64,000 nucleotides of DNA from Chrysomallon squamiferum (lineage: Eukaryota; Animalia; Mollusca): contig CM022670.1 in NCBI GenBank assembly GCA_012295275.1, positions 6,014,001 to 6,078,000 of the forward strand, read 5' to 3'. Positions 1 through 15,161 of this stretch are shown here, piece by piece. Position 1 is the first letter of the stretch; each line of letters starts with the position of its first letter. Below the pieces are notes generated by a model, which was not told the origin of the DNA, ran no database searches, and worked only from the letters and a program-made list of their open reading frames with translations. The translations under genes and the position numbers were made by a program.

Positions 1-637
1 TAATAAATTTATTTATGCAATAAAATATATAAAATCAACATTTGTCCATCTTTACAATAAGAGGTTGGAGTTTTGTCTTCATATCACTAGTTAATGCCCA
101 TGCTGTATGGTTTTATACCTGCACCATCATAATACATAATTTGACAGGTGTGTTAGTGTATACTTAGCTATTGTTAAGCAAAGATTCAGGTTTCTATTAC
201 AAAAGAAAGTAACAAAGGACAAAACCTTGGACTTGTTATATCAGTCACATTTTGTTATTATTATTATTATCATAAGCAATGCCTGTTATCTAAGGATATT
301 AGTAACAGTGGTCATCTGAGCTTTGATGAATTACATTATACCACAGTCATTCTTTTTTTTTTCCCCTTGTATTGACTGAGGTATAATTCATTCAAAACCA
401 TCTCAGATTGTTAACACTGTCAACAATCATTAACTATTTTTGTCCTTCAAGAGCACTTTGTTATATATGTATATATATATGTATGTATGTATGTAGGTGT
501 GTGTCTGTGTGTGTATATATAAATATCAATATGGAATGAAAATTATTTCAGTTAAATAAATTTAAGAAACAATTAAATCATGAATCTGTTAGCTACAATT
601 TACTAATATTTGGTATTGTCACAATGACTTTCATATG

Positions 638-638
<1 letters not shown>

Positions 639-732
<94 letters not shown>
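639..732. repeat. (AC)n microsatellite
   Basis: Perfect AC run. Confidence 0.98.
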
Positions 733-734
<2 letters not shown>

Positions 735-885
735 ATATATATAAATGTATAATTACTGGTAAATATGAAGAAAATGTTCCTCAATAATTAATTACATTGA
801 TTGTTTTATTTTAAATAAAAGTTTAAATATCTGCAGAAATATTTAAAATAAAATAAAATAAATATTTGAAATAATGTTATTTTAG

Positions 886-3800
886 GTGACCAATGGCTTG
901 CAGAAGATGTGAAAGTCCACACAGCTCTCCCCCCTCAAGTGGATGGTCAGCTGAGATGTTTCTGCAAAGTTACCGTAGGCCAGATTCTGTGGTTAACTCC
1001 ACTGTGTCCAGATTTGACCCTCATTAGGATTAAATGGTGGGGTGAACATGGCGAGGGATCTGTTTTCAAGTAAGATATCTTTTTGTGTAAATCATTGACT
1101 TATTTTCTTCTTTTTTTTTTTTTTTTCTTACCTTTTTTTTTTTTTTAATTTTTAAAAATGTTTAACCATTATCATTGTTACGTATTCATTTATATTTAAA
1201 ACTTAATTGCTTAGTCTAGCAACTCCTATCCCCAGTAAAGCTAAAAATAGTTGGTATAATCACTAGCAAAGAAGAACAACAAAATAACTTCAATTTAAAC
1301 ATTTCTATTTATTTAATTTTTTTAAAGACCTCTTGATGTGAAGAAAGGTGAGAAGGGTCCATCTCGGACCACTGCCCGCTACCCAGTGAGGTCTGGACCT
1401 CGTCAGTTTGCTGCCTACCTTGACGACATGGGCAGTATGAGTATTGAGGTACTGAGTGGACCGATGTCCATTCCTGTCGGTCAGGCTTTGATCACAGAGA
1501 TAGGACTCTTGTCTAACAGTAGACCAATCAACGGGTCTGTAACATTGGTTATTTTTTTATTTATTTTTTTATGTACCATGATTATAACATTACTTCTTTT
1601 GTAAAACAAAAATCTCAGGTGTTAATTAATAATCATTATGACCAGAAAGACTTTACTTACATTTACTACATCCACAGTGTACTAAGTGTTTAATCTGCTT
1701 ATCACATTACTTAGCACCGAAAATATGTTATAATAAATAATAAAAAAAATTGTTTGGAAGTGTTAATTACACTCAGTTAATAACATCTTCACTGTATGTT
1801 TTATTATTTTAGATTTTTTCCTGTGTTTTCTAAAGAAGAGGAGAAAATTGCAGAAGTCCATGTGTCTATCATGTTGGAGCCTCTTATGGGTAAGTTGGTG
1901 TTTTTGTTTCTGCATGCTTGCATGCACGTGTGTGTGTGAAATTATTTCCTGTATCTTTATGTTTTGTAAAATCAATCAGTCTAAATTTCTGTTTTTGTAA
2001 TTATAATGCACGACTAAGACAAAATTAATGTACAGACTGAGTGCTTATAATAAGCAGCCTGAATCCATACACGAGACACAGAATAGCTGATGATTGGTTC
2101 TGAACATCTGTACAAGAGTGTATAATAACTATATAAACTATTTTATAAATACATGTATTGTTTGTTCTAGTGAACTGTGACAGCATGTAATATAAATATT
2201 CAAAATCAAATTAATGAATATATATGATATATCATAAAATATTAAAGTTTGTGTAATTATAGTTTCTACATGCATACATTGTTTTGTTCAGCATCATATG
2301 ACAGCTTGGGTTCAATTCCAACCACTGACGTCAGTGTTGAGACATTCACGACCCAGGATTCAGCCTACCCACAGCGAGTCCTGCCCACACCACACCACCA
2401 GAAACCTGTACACCCTGAACAAGACCCATTCATTTCACCAGCATCACACCAGGTACACTTATAGACATTCTTCAACACAAATACTGTTTACCATAAAATG
2501 TGACCCCTTTCTAGGGTGAATTCACAGATATTGTTTTCTTCATTATGTACAATTTTTTATATTCTTTAATTAATCCAAATATTGTTGTTTTCATTCATTC
2601 TTTTTTTTTTTTATGTGGAAATTCATTTAAAAATATTTTTCTCTTTAAATTGTCCACAAATATGTTTAGAAAATACATTTTAAGATATTTTGCTCTTAAC
2701 AGAGACGACAGAAACCAGTATAAATATAAATGTCTTTAAGAGGAAACTTTTAAATTTGTAATATTAATGATATTTTACAAAATTATGTTTAATAAATCCA
2801 GGCAGACACCAGCCAAGCCAAAGAGTCAGAGACTCGTAGAGACATTCGACAAAGACTGCATTACCAGACTGAACATCACAATACAAATGCTGCTGCCCTA
2901 GATGCTGGTGATACAGTGTCAATCACTGCTAATGGTGATGTTGTCACCACACATGCCAATCATAATGATGTTGTCACGAGGAAAGCTGTCCATGGAATTG
3001 CATCACCACATATTAAATTTCAACATAGTTCTAATCTGGGTTAGTAATGTTACTGCTGTGTTTATCACAAGTTTTATGAAGAGTTGATTTTCTCATCATT
3101 AGTACAAACTGAATAATTCATTGTAGTGGTTTCTTTAATCTGTTAAGCCTTTTTTTTTTTTTTTTCATAAACATTTTGTTTATCTAAACTGACATCATAG
3201 TAAAAGTGAAATTGTCAATCTCTATGCATACTCACAATCTTTTTGTTATTCTGTTGTCATTACTTTGTTATCAGCAAGACTGATAACTAGTTAAAAACAA
3301 AACAGTTACCTCATATTAGTTGTCAGGTCTAGATGGAATTGACATGAGATTGTACATGTTTTGTTTTTACAGGAGAACAGTCGATCAGCTCATTAAGAAG
3401 AAGTCAGACCAGGCCAAAGGAAGATTTGCTCTCAGTGCTGTTAGACAAAGGCAAGAAACTGAGAGACGCGATGGCAATTTCTTCACTGCACAACTCTGCA
3501 GAGATGTCCAAGCTGAAAGAAATCAAAGCAGAGGAAATTCAAATTCCTGTCAGCATTGCTTCAAGTTTGCCTAATGATTTGAGGTAATTTATTTTTGTTA
3601 TATTTGAAAAATATAGCAAAACATTATTATATAATTACGGTTTATAATTTTAGAACATATTTGTTTCATAAATATGACAATTTTACTGAATACATAATTA
3701 AACCTTTTTTTGTAAACTGGAGCAACATAAGAAACTTTATAGTCTGTATATAAATGTATGAGTTTTGTCTGACAAATGTTAATGTTAAAATGTGTAGCAT

Positions 3801-6800
3801 GTGATTAAACAAATATGTCTGTTAAAACTTTTTTATATCTAAAACAGAAGTTCCAGTGGCAGTCTGTTTAAGGAGATTTTACAGGAAGATGTCAGAATTC
3901 CATCTGCTTCTATGACTGAGGAGTTTTCAGACACAAAAACTGTAGATCTTGCTGTCAACTCTCCTATCAGATCTAAAGATTTTAAGGTAAAATGTTGTTT
4001 CTTAAACTATTGTGATTTTTACATGTATTTCTTGTTTTTAATACCAGTTATTTTCTGCTGTTTGGATTAACTTGCACAGGCTAATTATTCTTTATTCCTG
4101 TTGACATTTGTTAAAATTGTCCAGGTTTGTAGGTGCCCTGTTTTTGTGTAACTGTACGTTTGTTATTTTTTTGTTATTTTTACATTGCAGACACTACAGA
4201 TGGAGAATGGATTAAGTCCTGGGCTGAGATCCAGTCTGTCCAGTGTTGATGATGCCTTCAGTGATCCAAATGATCCAATTCAGGAAGAATCCATCCTCAA
4301 CGAACTTTTCTACAACAGATCTGTAAGAGAAGTATTTGTTTTGTCAAGAATGTCTTAGTTCTGTGTTGAAAATACTTCATAATATGAAGTAAGATAAAAT
4401 CAAAACATACATTTTGTTATCTGAAAAATGGTGGATCAAAAGATAGGGCTGTTTTTCCATTCCAGGCAATATACTGTGTTTTGGAAATCAGAAATCATAT
4501 AAATTATATATTTTACCATTTTGAGGAAGGTGTGTATATAAAATACATCTTGCTAGATATCTCAAGTTGTTGTAAAAGGTTTTGTCTACAGTCACCAAAC
4601 AACAGTTAATATAAAATAAAATGTGTGTTGAGATATTTTATTACATAAATTTTAAAATTCACTGTTTTGTTTCACAGGCCAGTGAACAGAGTGGTGTTAG
4701 TGATTACAGTGGAGATGAAAGGTCAAGGTTAAATAGCAGTGTTGGGTCAGTGGAAGATCCAGGAAATATGGTATGTATTTCATTTATTGTATACATTATT
4801 TTAATTTTAATATTAGGTTTTTATTTTTTAATGCTTAAGTTTGGTTTTTAATTTTGGTAGTTTGCTTCTTGTTTTACTTTGATTTTTTTATATAATAAAC
4901 AAAATTTTATTTTATTTTTTATTAAAAAAAATGTATTTCTAGTTTCTTTTGCATTATTTCCCTAAAGTGTTTTTCAATTTTTTGTTTTACTTCATTTTTC
5001 AGCGACCTCCATCAAGACATTCTTCCATGTCAAGTCTAAATGTGCCTTTCCCTGAACCTGTTAAAAAGAAAAAGAAAAGTGAAAAAAGTGCCAAAAAGAC
5101 AAGACCATACGATAAACCATGGCGAAGGAAAGTACGCCGACCTCGAAGCAGGTCACGTTCTAGGTCAAGGTCAAAGTCAGCAAGTCGCGTGAGCAGTGGC
5201 AGTGAGCTGAGTGATGGAGAACTGACTCCACGATCTGAGACATCACGAGTCTCCTTTGACATGACTCCTTCAGATGTAGAGGAGCCTGTACATGGTAAGT
5301 GTTTAACTAGCTGGCTTTTAGGAGTTTGCACATTTTTACTGTAATGTTATATTTTAAAATAGTGTTATTTATATATTTGTATGTGTTATATATATTATAT
5401 ATATGTTATTTATAGAAGAGTCACAGCAGTCCAGTTCTGTTGATGGATTAAGTGTAGAACGACTCACTCTGCTGGGGCGGGTCCATGTTGCCAGGGTAAC
5501 TGTGGACGCCCTGATTCTGCAGAAAGACTTGGACACATCTCGTAGTAGTAGAAAATCTGACAGAGTGAGACCAGGCCGGCCTCCAAGACCTGTCACAAAA
5601 ACAAAAAAAAACAGGTGAACAACTCACAGTATACATTATATTTATAAAAAGTTAAGTAGAATTGTTGTTTCATATACTCAAATACAATTATCTTGAAATT
5701 GTTTCTCACAAGATGCAAGCAGTAATTCATTACTGTTTAAGAATCCCATTGTTGCTTCACGTTAATGATAAATTTAGGTTCTATTGTTTGTATTTTTTTG
5801 AGAAAGATTCAGTTTTTGTTGCGATTTAAGATGTAATAAAACATAGTGGTTCTGTTGTAATGTCAAGTAATTATGATAAAATTGAAGATGAATAAACCAG
5901 AAATTTCTATTTTTCTTCATCAGTACATATTTTATTGAGTACCAGTTTCCAGTGGTTGCCACTTCACGAGATAAATACTCACCTAATGCCATGGCAACAG
6001 AGGTGATGAGAGTTGCATCAAAAAATGTAAAGAGTGGAGGTATATCGAATTTTAATTTTAAACTTTATAAAATTACATTTAATACTTGTAATACAGCTAT
6101 GCAATTGATTTGCTTTTCACACTTTTAGGCCAGATAGAAATAGGACCAGGTGTTTGAAATTCATTTAATATATTTATAATTTTTTTATAATTTGATAATC
6201 TGTTAATTCAGCCCATGCTAATAAATTCATACCATTTATGCTAATATATTTTATTTAATTATATTTAATTATATTTAACATTTAAGTTTCTAGCAATGCA
6301 TGGTGCTGTAAAGACTTCAGAGGTTAATTTATATTTAATTACTCATTGGTGTATTGTTGAATTATTATTATGTGACCTCATTTCATCTAAAAAAAACTGA
6401 TAATCTGGAAAGTCTTTGGAATCAAAGGTTTCAGACAATGAGTGGTGTACCTGTAGTTTATTTGTCAGAGCAAATTAATCTATTAAAAAGCTACTTTTTA
6501 AAAATGTTGGAACTTGATTTAGTTGACAGTGATAGAAAATTAACCATGCACTGTGTTGGTGAAATAAGGATAAATATTAGCTGTATTGTTTTGTTTCAGT
6601 TGTGACATTCAATCACAGGTCTGTGTTTCCCATCATGTTTGATGGGTCATCTGTTGAAAAATGGTGGAAATCTGCACTTGTATTTAAAATATTTTCAAGA
6701 GAGGCTGGACAAAAAATTGTAAGTTTTTAATATTTGTTATTCTTTTTGTTTTTGGTGTTTATTTATTTATTTTTTTTTTTATTATTATTATATATATTTT

Positions 6801-9800
6801 TTTAATAAACTGATAAAATCTTGTTTTGTCACACTGAAAAAAACACCCAAAATTTGATCTTTGTACTTGGTTAATATACAAAATACAGTTAATAGGTTTA
6901 TAAAATTTAGTTTTAAATAATTATGTTACAGCCTGCTCCTGTAGGAAGTTGTGGTGTACCTCTCAAGTCTATTTTGAAGTCTGACAGTTTGTGTGTCAGT
7001 CAAGAGATGGAAGTTAGAGTAAGCAGCAAAAACTCCTCACTCAATGGATCTTTCAGAGGACGAAGTTGTAGAGGACTTTTCGGCCATCTGAAGGTTTGTT
7101 CATGTTTTTAATAATGATAGTCTTTTAATAATTCTTATAATAGTTTATCTCCTGTTTGTGATGTTTCTTAAGATTATCTGAGAATTGTTTCTGTATGATG
7201 TGATACACAGTTGACTGTATTCTAGGTGACTGTGGAACTGGCGTCAGATCACAAGGAGTTTGCTACAGCACTTGCTAAGACAAAGCTGGCTGAAATGAGT
7301 GGCAAAGTAAAAATAATTCCAGTCATTGCTCCACCAGCCCCTCCCAAACCTCCACCCCCTCAGTCTGTAGGCCCTCCAGTCACTTCAACCTTTCCACAAG
7401 GTCAGACAAATCAAGTCTTTACACAAACTGCAGGTCAATCAAATCCAGGTTTTACACAAACTGCAGGTCAACCAAATCCAGGTTTTACACAAAATACAGG
7501 TCAACCAAATCCAGGTTTTTCACAAGCTGGAGTTCAACAACCTTCAGCCTTACAACAGACATCAAGTGATGTTTCATTTCCTCAAGGTATCGATGCTGTA
7601 ACTAAACAACATGCCAGAGTCAACATAAACAGTGAGTCATTTTACTTTTCTTTAATTTAAAGAATGCAGTGAAGTGTGTTTTTATATATATATGTTTGTG
7701 TGTATGCATTATTTCTTATTAATTATTTAATGTGCATATGTGTGTTAATTCAGGTGAATCCTACTGTCTTGATATTACAGGAATCACACAAAAATAGAGA
7801 ATAACCAAATGTTACGTAGACAATACTTTGTACAAAAATGACAAACAAAAATGTCTTAAAACGAAATAGATATATATGTTTATTAATATTTTTTAGTCAT
7901 ATAATTTTAACACTTTATCAATGAAAACTAAATTAAATTATTCATCTGATCAGCAAATTCATCATTTGTTCTGCTACTTTGGCCATTTCTTTGCTATGCT
8001 AGTAACATGCTTACCAAATCCTGAATAATCAGCTTTCTAACAGTTTCTGTAACTTGTGGAGATGGAATTTGAATAAAATTATTAATTTTTTACAAGCCTA
8101 AATTTGTAATAAAAGTTCAAAAATAAAATAGAACTGTTTTTTGGAAAAGCACATGACAAACCAAACTCTGTCACACTTAAGGTCATGGTGACTTCTGAAA
8201 TGAAATCTATGTGTCTTAAATAACATTCACATCATGAGAAATAGTGAGATCACTTCTTTGATAATTAACAAACAAACTACAGATCCTTCTTTGATCTGAG
8301 TCCATACCAGCTAGTGGTATCAACATAAAGGGAATACTGACTCAACAAGTTCAAAACACCAGGATTTGACTACATATAGATTTATTTTTATTTTTCTGTC
8401 TGTTAAACTGTTTTAATAGGTTTTGGGGATTTTTTATAATTTACAGATAATTATCAGTATGTTTCACCAGCAACCTTTGTTCAACCAGTTCAGTTTGACT
8501 CAAACACTGCACAACAAAATGTCAACCAATCAGCAAATGTGACACAAAATGTGCAAACAGTGGCAGCCAATCACCAGATAGCATCTGCCATGCAAAACTT
8601 TTCTACATCACAATCAGAAGTGAGTTCATGATGTTCAAATTTAAAAAAAAACAAAAAAACTAATTATTTGCTGCAGATTAATGAAATGACAATAACATTT
8701 TAATTATTTGGATTATTTTAATAAATCAATTTTTCATTTCCACTATTTCAGGAACACTATATTTGTAATATATTAACCTTTATTTATTAAATATTCATCA
8801 AAAATTTATTTTGGGAAACTATTAAAAATATTAAGGCTTCATTCATTTTAAAATACTAATATCTTTTAATTTTAAAGCACAGTCTTTTCTGCTTTCACAT
8901 GTTTTTGAGACAAGGAGAACAGAGATTTGTGCACATAATGATAATTCTTCACTCATAATATATGTAATTTGGGGTTTTTTTTTTGTCTGACAGGCACTAA
9001 CCCTGCATGTCTTGTTGATGGTACCAGAAGGTCGCAACATCGGCATGGAGGGCGTCCCACCACTTCACCTTGTTAACAAGAGACCAGTGTTACTTCACCA
9101 TCAACCTCATGCTAATATCATGCAAGGTCAGTGGAAAATATTATTTTTTAATCTTAATGAAATAATAGTTTTAAATGTAATACACAAATTAGCATTTCTA
9201 ATAACAGATTGATTTACTTGTACTATTAATATTTCAGAACTACTTTTCAGAAAGTTGTTTAATTTGTATTATTATCTGATTTAAATGTTTTGTTTTAGAA
9301 ATAATGAATAAAATGTGTTTTATTGTTTAATAGGAATGAACATGAGAGATGTGTCAACTAGAAATATTTATCTTGTGTGTCGAATGTTTTGGTGTAATGA
9401 TGAGATTCGCTCCAGTGTCTGCTGGGGAACATCTCAACCAGAATTCAACCTGACTCAGGTAGATGTCTTACCTTGTTTTACCTGCCTTATCTGACTTAAT
9501 TATGAATTTAATATAAATTTAATTCTTAAAAAAAATACTTTATTTTGTTTTGAGGGGGTTTTTTTTTTTACAAATATATTGCTGGCATAATCACATGTAC
9601 TTAACTATTTTTTTACTTTTTAATATTAAACATCTCTAGATAGAAACTTTTTTTTCCACCAGTTTAATAAAAATTTAGACAAATATATCCTCATTTTCTG
9701 ATTGAAGATCCATTATCCAAAATTCTGAAATCCGAAAAGTCATAATGTTTTTTAATTTTAATTTTTTTTTACCTGTGTTTACTAAGATTGTGTTGCTATT

Positions 9801-12546
9801 TTTCAGGTTGTTCCTGTTCTTGTGACTACCTCACTGCTGGAGAGAATGAGAAATAACTTCATGGTGATTGAAGTGTGGGACAAGAAAACATCAGCAGAAA
9901 CTGACAAAGTAAGTTTTGTTATCCATGGACTAAGTAAGTTTTGTAATTATTCACATACAATGAAAGTTTTAATATTATTCACATACAAAAATTTCAGTAG
10001 CTTTACATGATGTTAAGCAATTCCAAAAATGGTTGTTTCTTTAATTTACTTTTTTTTTATATATATGTGATATGAAAATACTGAAAGATTCCTCAAAATG
10101 TTTTTAAAACAATAAAAATGATGAAAAAGCTATATTTTTTTTTGATTTTTGTTATAGATAAATATACTCACTCTCATATACAGATAGTTTAAGATGTCAT
10201 TAAAATTTTTGTGTTGTAGTTGATAGGTATGGTGAAGTTGAGTTTACATCAGTTTTACCTGTCGTTTAAAGACATCAAGATTGCCACAGCACTTCTCAAG
10301 TCTCAGGTAAAAGTTTTAACATTCAGTGTCTCTATCTGTTTTTATATATTCTTTATATGTGTGTGTGTTTATAGTAAAATTTACCATCTTGTATTTTTTG
10401 TATACAAGTCGTATTTATACAGAATCCTTATTCATAAAACAAAGGTTTTTTTTTTTTTTTTTTAACACAGGATCTTACGTTTTAATGTGAAACATTTTAC
10501 TTGTAGTTTCCAGTGATTGGAGCTGATAACTATCTTGCTGTGACAAACCCATTCACCAGTTTTCAGTTTGGTCAACTCCGAGTGCTGCTTGCTATGGGGT
10601 CTGCTGAGCAGGTATTAAAAAAATCCCTCTTACCTCAGTTTCTTCGTGAACCACAGAAAAATAAACAGATAGTCTTATTAGTCAATAATTAGTAGAATAG
10701 TAATTCAAAGTGCTGTTCATTAAGTTGTAAATGTTTTAAAATTAGTTCAAGTTATATTTTATACAATTATATTTTATGACAAGTTTTCATTATAAATCTG
10801 TAGTGTTGTTTTCTGTCTGATATTTCTAAAGTGTAAAAAATATTTTATTTCAGATTTCCAGTTTACAGAAGTTAAAACTAAATGGCGATACTTCGTCTTC
10901 ACCAGAAAGACCTAACAGCTTTCTAGAGAGGTAAATTTTGTTTATTTTAAATAACAACAAAATGGTTATTAATTAAACTTTTGTTTCTTTCCTATTTTGT
11001 TTTTGTTTTTGCTTATTCTTTTTTGTTAGCACATCCTTAATTCCTTGTTAAGTCAAGCAAACCTCCCATTTTTTTTGTTAATAGTACCAGTATCTGTAAA
11101 TACCAAATATAATAGAAATTTTATTTTTAAGAAAAACCAACCATAACTCAGATAAATAAGAAATAAAATACCAAATACTTGTACCAGGGTAGATAATAAT
11201 AATTTAAATAGTAAGTATTACAATTTATTTTTCTGACAGACAAGATGCTTTCTCTGGCATCAACAGACAGCAGTCAGACACATCAGGTAAGTGTTTAGAG
11301 TTTATTTTTAAAACTTTTATATTTCAAGTGTTTCAAGTCCAGTTTTAAACATGGCAAAGATCACATTTATCACAAATTAAATAATGGAAGCTGCAAAATC
11401 TCAATTTTGAAAACTTAAACAGAGAATAATTTTAGTGTAAACTGAAATGACTAAATATTGGTTCAGTCTATGAGACCATATAATATTTATCTTGATGTAT
11501 TCCCAATCAAGATGCTGTAAACAAAATATAATCTTTGTTTTTAAAATCAACTGCAAATTTATCTTAATAAATATGTGTCAATATTTTAGTTATAATAGGG
11601 TTAACAACTAATGACTTATTATTATAATTTTAATTTTAGTTGAACATGTGTTTGAGGTGGTCATAGAAGAAATTCGTGGACTGAAGTTGTTTGAAAACAT
11701 GATCTGGGGAGAAGCTGACTCATTTGTTCAGTATCACTTTCCATCACAGGCCAAAGAGAACCAAGTCAAACATGGTGAGTTATATGTGTTATTTGTTCTG
11801 TGTCTTCTTTCTACTCACACTAAATAGAACCAAGTCAAACATGGTGAGTCATATGTGTTATTTATTCTGTGTCTCCTTTCTATTCACACTAAGTAGAACC
11901 AAATTATACATTTTGTCTGTTATACTGGAATTGTTTTCACAAATTAATATTCTGTTACCAAGGTATAAACTTTTGTAAAGTTGTATTTATGATTTTCTAA
12001 GACATGTCTTTAAACACTTGCATATTATTATTTTTTCATTTTATGGTTTATTGCATACTAAATGTTTTGCCAAATTTGGTAGTTGTTATAATCTTTGGTT
12101 TCTTTTTTTTTTTTTTTTTTTTTTTTTTTCCCAGTTATTTAACTATTATTAATTTATTAACAAAAATCTTGTATGTAGTTTGTCATATAGTACACTAATA
12201 TAATATTTTTTAAATTTTCTCTGTTTGGTGTACAGTGGTTCCTACAATGAAATCCTACAGGACTGCAACAACTCTGTGTATACCAGATCCTACATTCCAT
12301 GATGTAATACGACATCGCATTGTCCTACCACAGGGTACACCAGTTCAGAGAGAACTGCTCACTGGTATGTACACCACAGTTTGCTTCTTTAAAAAAAAAA
12401 AATATAAATTGTTTCTTAGCTTTGAATAAATATAATATATTCTTCATTGTTTCTTCTTTTAGAAATTTAGTTTTGGATAAAATGTAAAAAGATATCCATG
12501 CATTTATATTTATCCATTATTTTATTATTTTATTATTATTTTATTA

Positions 12547-12589
<43 letters not shown>

Positions 12590-12590
12590 C

Positions 12591-12632
<42 letters not shown>

Positions 12633-15085
12633 TATATATTTATTTTTTATTTATTTATTTCTATTGTTTGTTTACAGCTTGTTCTAACTCTGGAGGTGGT
12701 ATCAGTGGTCTTCCCTTTGAGGTGTGGTGCAGATACTACCACCCTAACGTCAGAGATCAAGTTATAGCCAAGGTAAAGTTTACCTGTCATACAACAACAC
12801 TTAATTTTGATATACTGTGAACACCTAACTCTGTCTTCCTCATACTTACACTTTGTCACTGTGTCTGTTACAGGCAACTCTTCCACTAGCCAAGTTGTGT
12901 GCGATGGTCACAATGCAGAAGAGAGGGGAGCCCTCCACTCAGGCTTTCTCCCTGCCCCTGACACAGATTGCCATGGAAACTGATATGGATACAGACATAT
13001 GCACAAAGGTATTGTTTTATCATTATTGTGTGAATTTTACATCCTTTCATCTTGTTAAAAGATCTCAATGTTACTACATCAAACTCGTGCCAATGTCATG
13101 CCTGGTCATTGAAAATTATTAGTTTTTTAAACTGAGTAATATGATACTAGTTATTTGACACAGTCAAAACATTACTTCTTTTTATTATATTTTAACAAGA
13201 GATATATTTATTTATTACTTATTTGTTCGTGTATTTTTTTTATTATTTATTTAAATTTGTTTATTTTTTCAGGTAAAGGATTCTGGACTGTTAGATATTA
13301 CCATTCACTACAAGACAAATATTATACATGTAAGTGTGTTTTAAAACAGCATGTTTCTGTGTTTGAGTATGTTTCACAATAGCTTCAGTGAGATAAAACT
13401 AGTCATTGTTATAAAAAAAATTAAGAAATGATAGGTGATTTTAATCAATTTTAAATAATTTTATTTACTTAAGCAGTATCTCCCTCATTACCAGTGTAGT
13501 CTCATAACCTTTTTTTCCTTTCTTCTGCATTGTACCCAGAAATTAATATTACACATTTCAGAACAAATGTATTTAGTTTTACTTGTGTTTTGTTTACAGA
13601 ATGAACCAAGCTTACAAACTGCGTCAACAAGTGCAAACAGTTCACATGTGTGTATCTCAGTTGGTGTCATCAGAGCTTCAGGTCTAAAGGTATTTACACT
13701 AGTTAACTACTATATATAGCATACTTACAAATAACTAGATTTTTATATACATCAGAGCTTCAAAGTCTAAAGTATTTACTTATCTACATCAGAGATTTAG
13801 GTCTAAAGGTATTTAGACCACTTATCTAAAATCTACAGTATATTTATGAATAACTAGATTTTTATATACATCAGAGCTTCAGGTCTAAAGATATTTACAC
13901 TAGTTATCTACTATCTATGGTATACTTACAAAGAACTAGATTTTTTAAATGCATCAGAGATTCAGGTCTAAACAGGCTACAGTATACTTACAAATACTTA
14001 AATTTTTCATACACATTTAGAATCTCTTTTATGTATTTTGAATCCTTTATGAATACCTAGAATTTTCATATATGTTTAGACTCTTTTGTATGTATTTAGT
14101 AATATTATGTATATTTGAAATCCTTTATAAATAGCAAGAACATTTTTTATATATTCACAATTATTTATCTAGAATCCTTTTCACAGATTTCTAATTGTTA
14201 TATATATTTGAACAGTTTTAAATTGAGTGATTGTAAATATTGTTCTGTATAATTTACTTTCAGGCAGCTGCTGAACGACTGGCTAGACTGGACTCAGGAA
14301 TGCAGTACCCTTCTGAAGTGGGTGTTAATGCTTACGTCAGCATCCACCTCTCATTTGTGTCCAAAGAAGTAAGTCATGTCTTAGGGTTTTTTTTATTTAT
14401 ATCTTTTCAAGATTATTACCTTTTTTGTTTGCTGTTGCTGTAAAACAAGGAAATTGTTTTGTTTTACTAAATTAACATTACTGTTTTCTCAGGTTTGGAG
14501 TATTATAGATAATATTAAGTATTTTGTGGGAGGAAGGGGTTTTTTTTTTCTTTTTTTTTTTTCAGGAATAAAATCCAAAGATCTTTCTGTTTTTAATTTA
14601 ATTTTAATTGTAATTTGGTGCTTTTATCATTACTTTTTGCTGTTTGTATTTTCACAAATAAATTTAAAATGTTTATGATCTTTTATTTTATTTTATTTTA
14701 TTTTATTTTATTTTATTAGGGAGAAAGACACACAAAGACAATTGCTCGGACATTTGCACCTGAGTTTTCTTACTACATGGACTTCCCATGTCCACTGCTG
14801 TGGACAGACCCACAGACAGATGGACACAGTTTGGCAGAGATGCTGCAGTCAGCAGAAGCAACATTTGAAGTTTGGCATCAGATTCCAGGAACTCTGGCTG
14901 GTAACAAACATTTTTGTCTTGAACAGATGTTTTACATAAAATATTAGGCATTATGCATGATGAAAAATAAAGTTATAAACTTATAAAATATATTAAATTT
15001 GTTAAATAATAATTCATTATTAAATATTTGAGTTAATTTAGAATTTAAAAAAAAGGGCATTTTTCAGTTTTTGTTATTATTATTA

Positions 15086-15161
<76 letters not shown>

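Noticed and set aside
593-784. ORF-track proteins such as CVCVCV, HTHTHT, SLSLSL, poly-I and poly-Y
   Set aside because: They are translations of microsatellites.
9698-9740. Short stretch resembling a Tigger/TcMar terminal repeat (atccattatccaaaattctgaaatccgaaaag)
   Set aside because: Only ~40 bp, no partner end found, and the similarity is from memory only.
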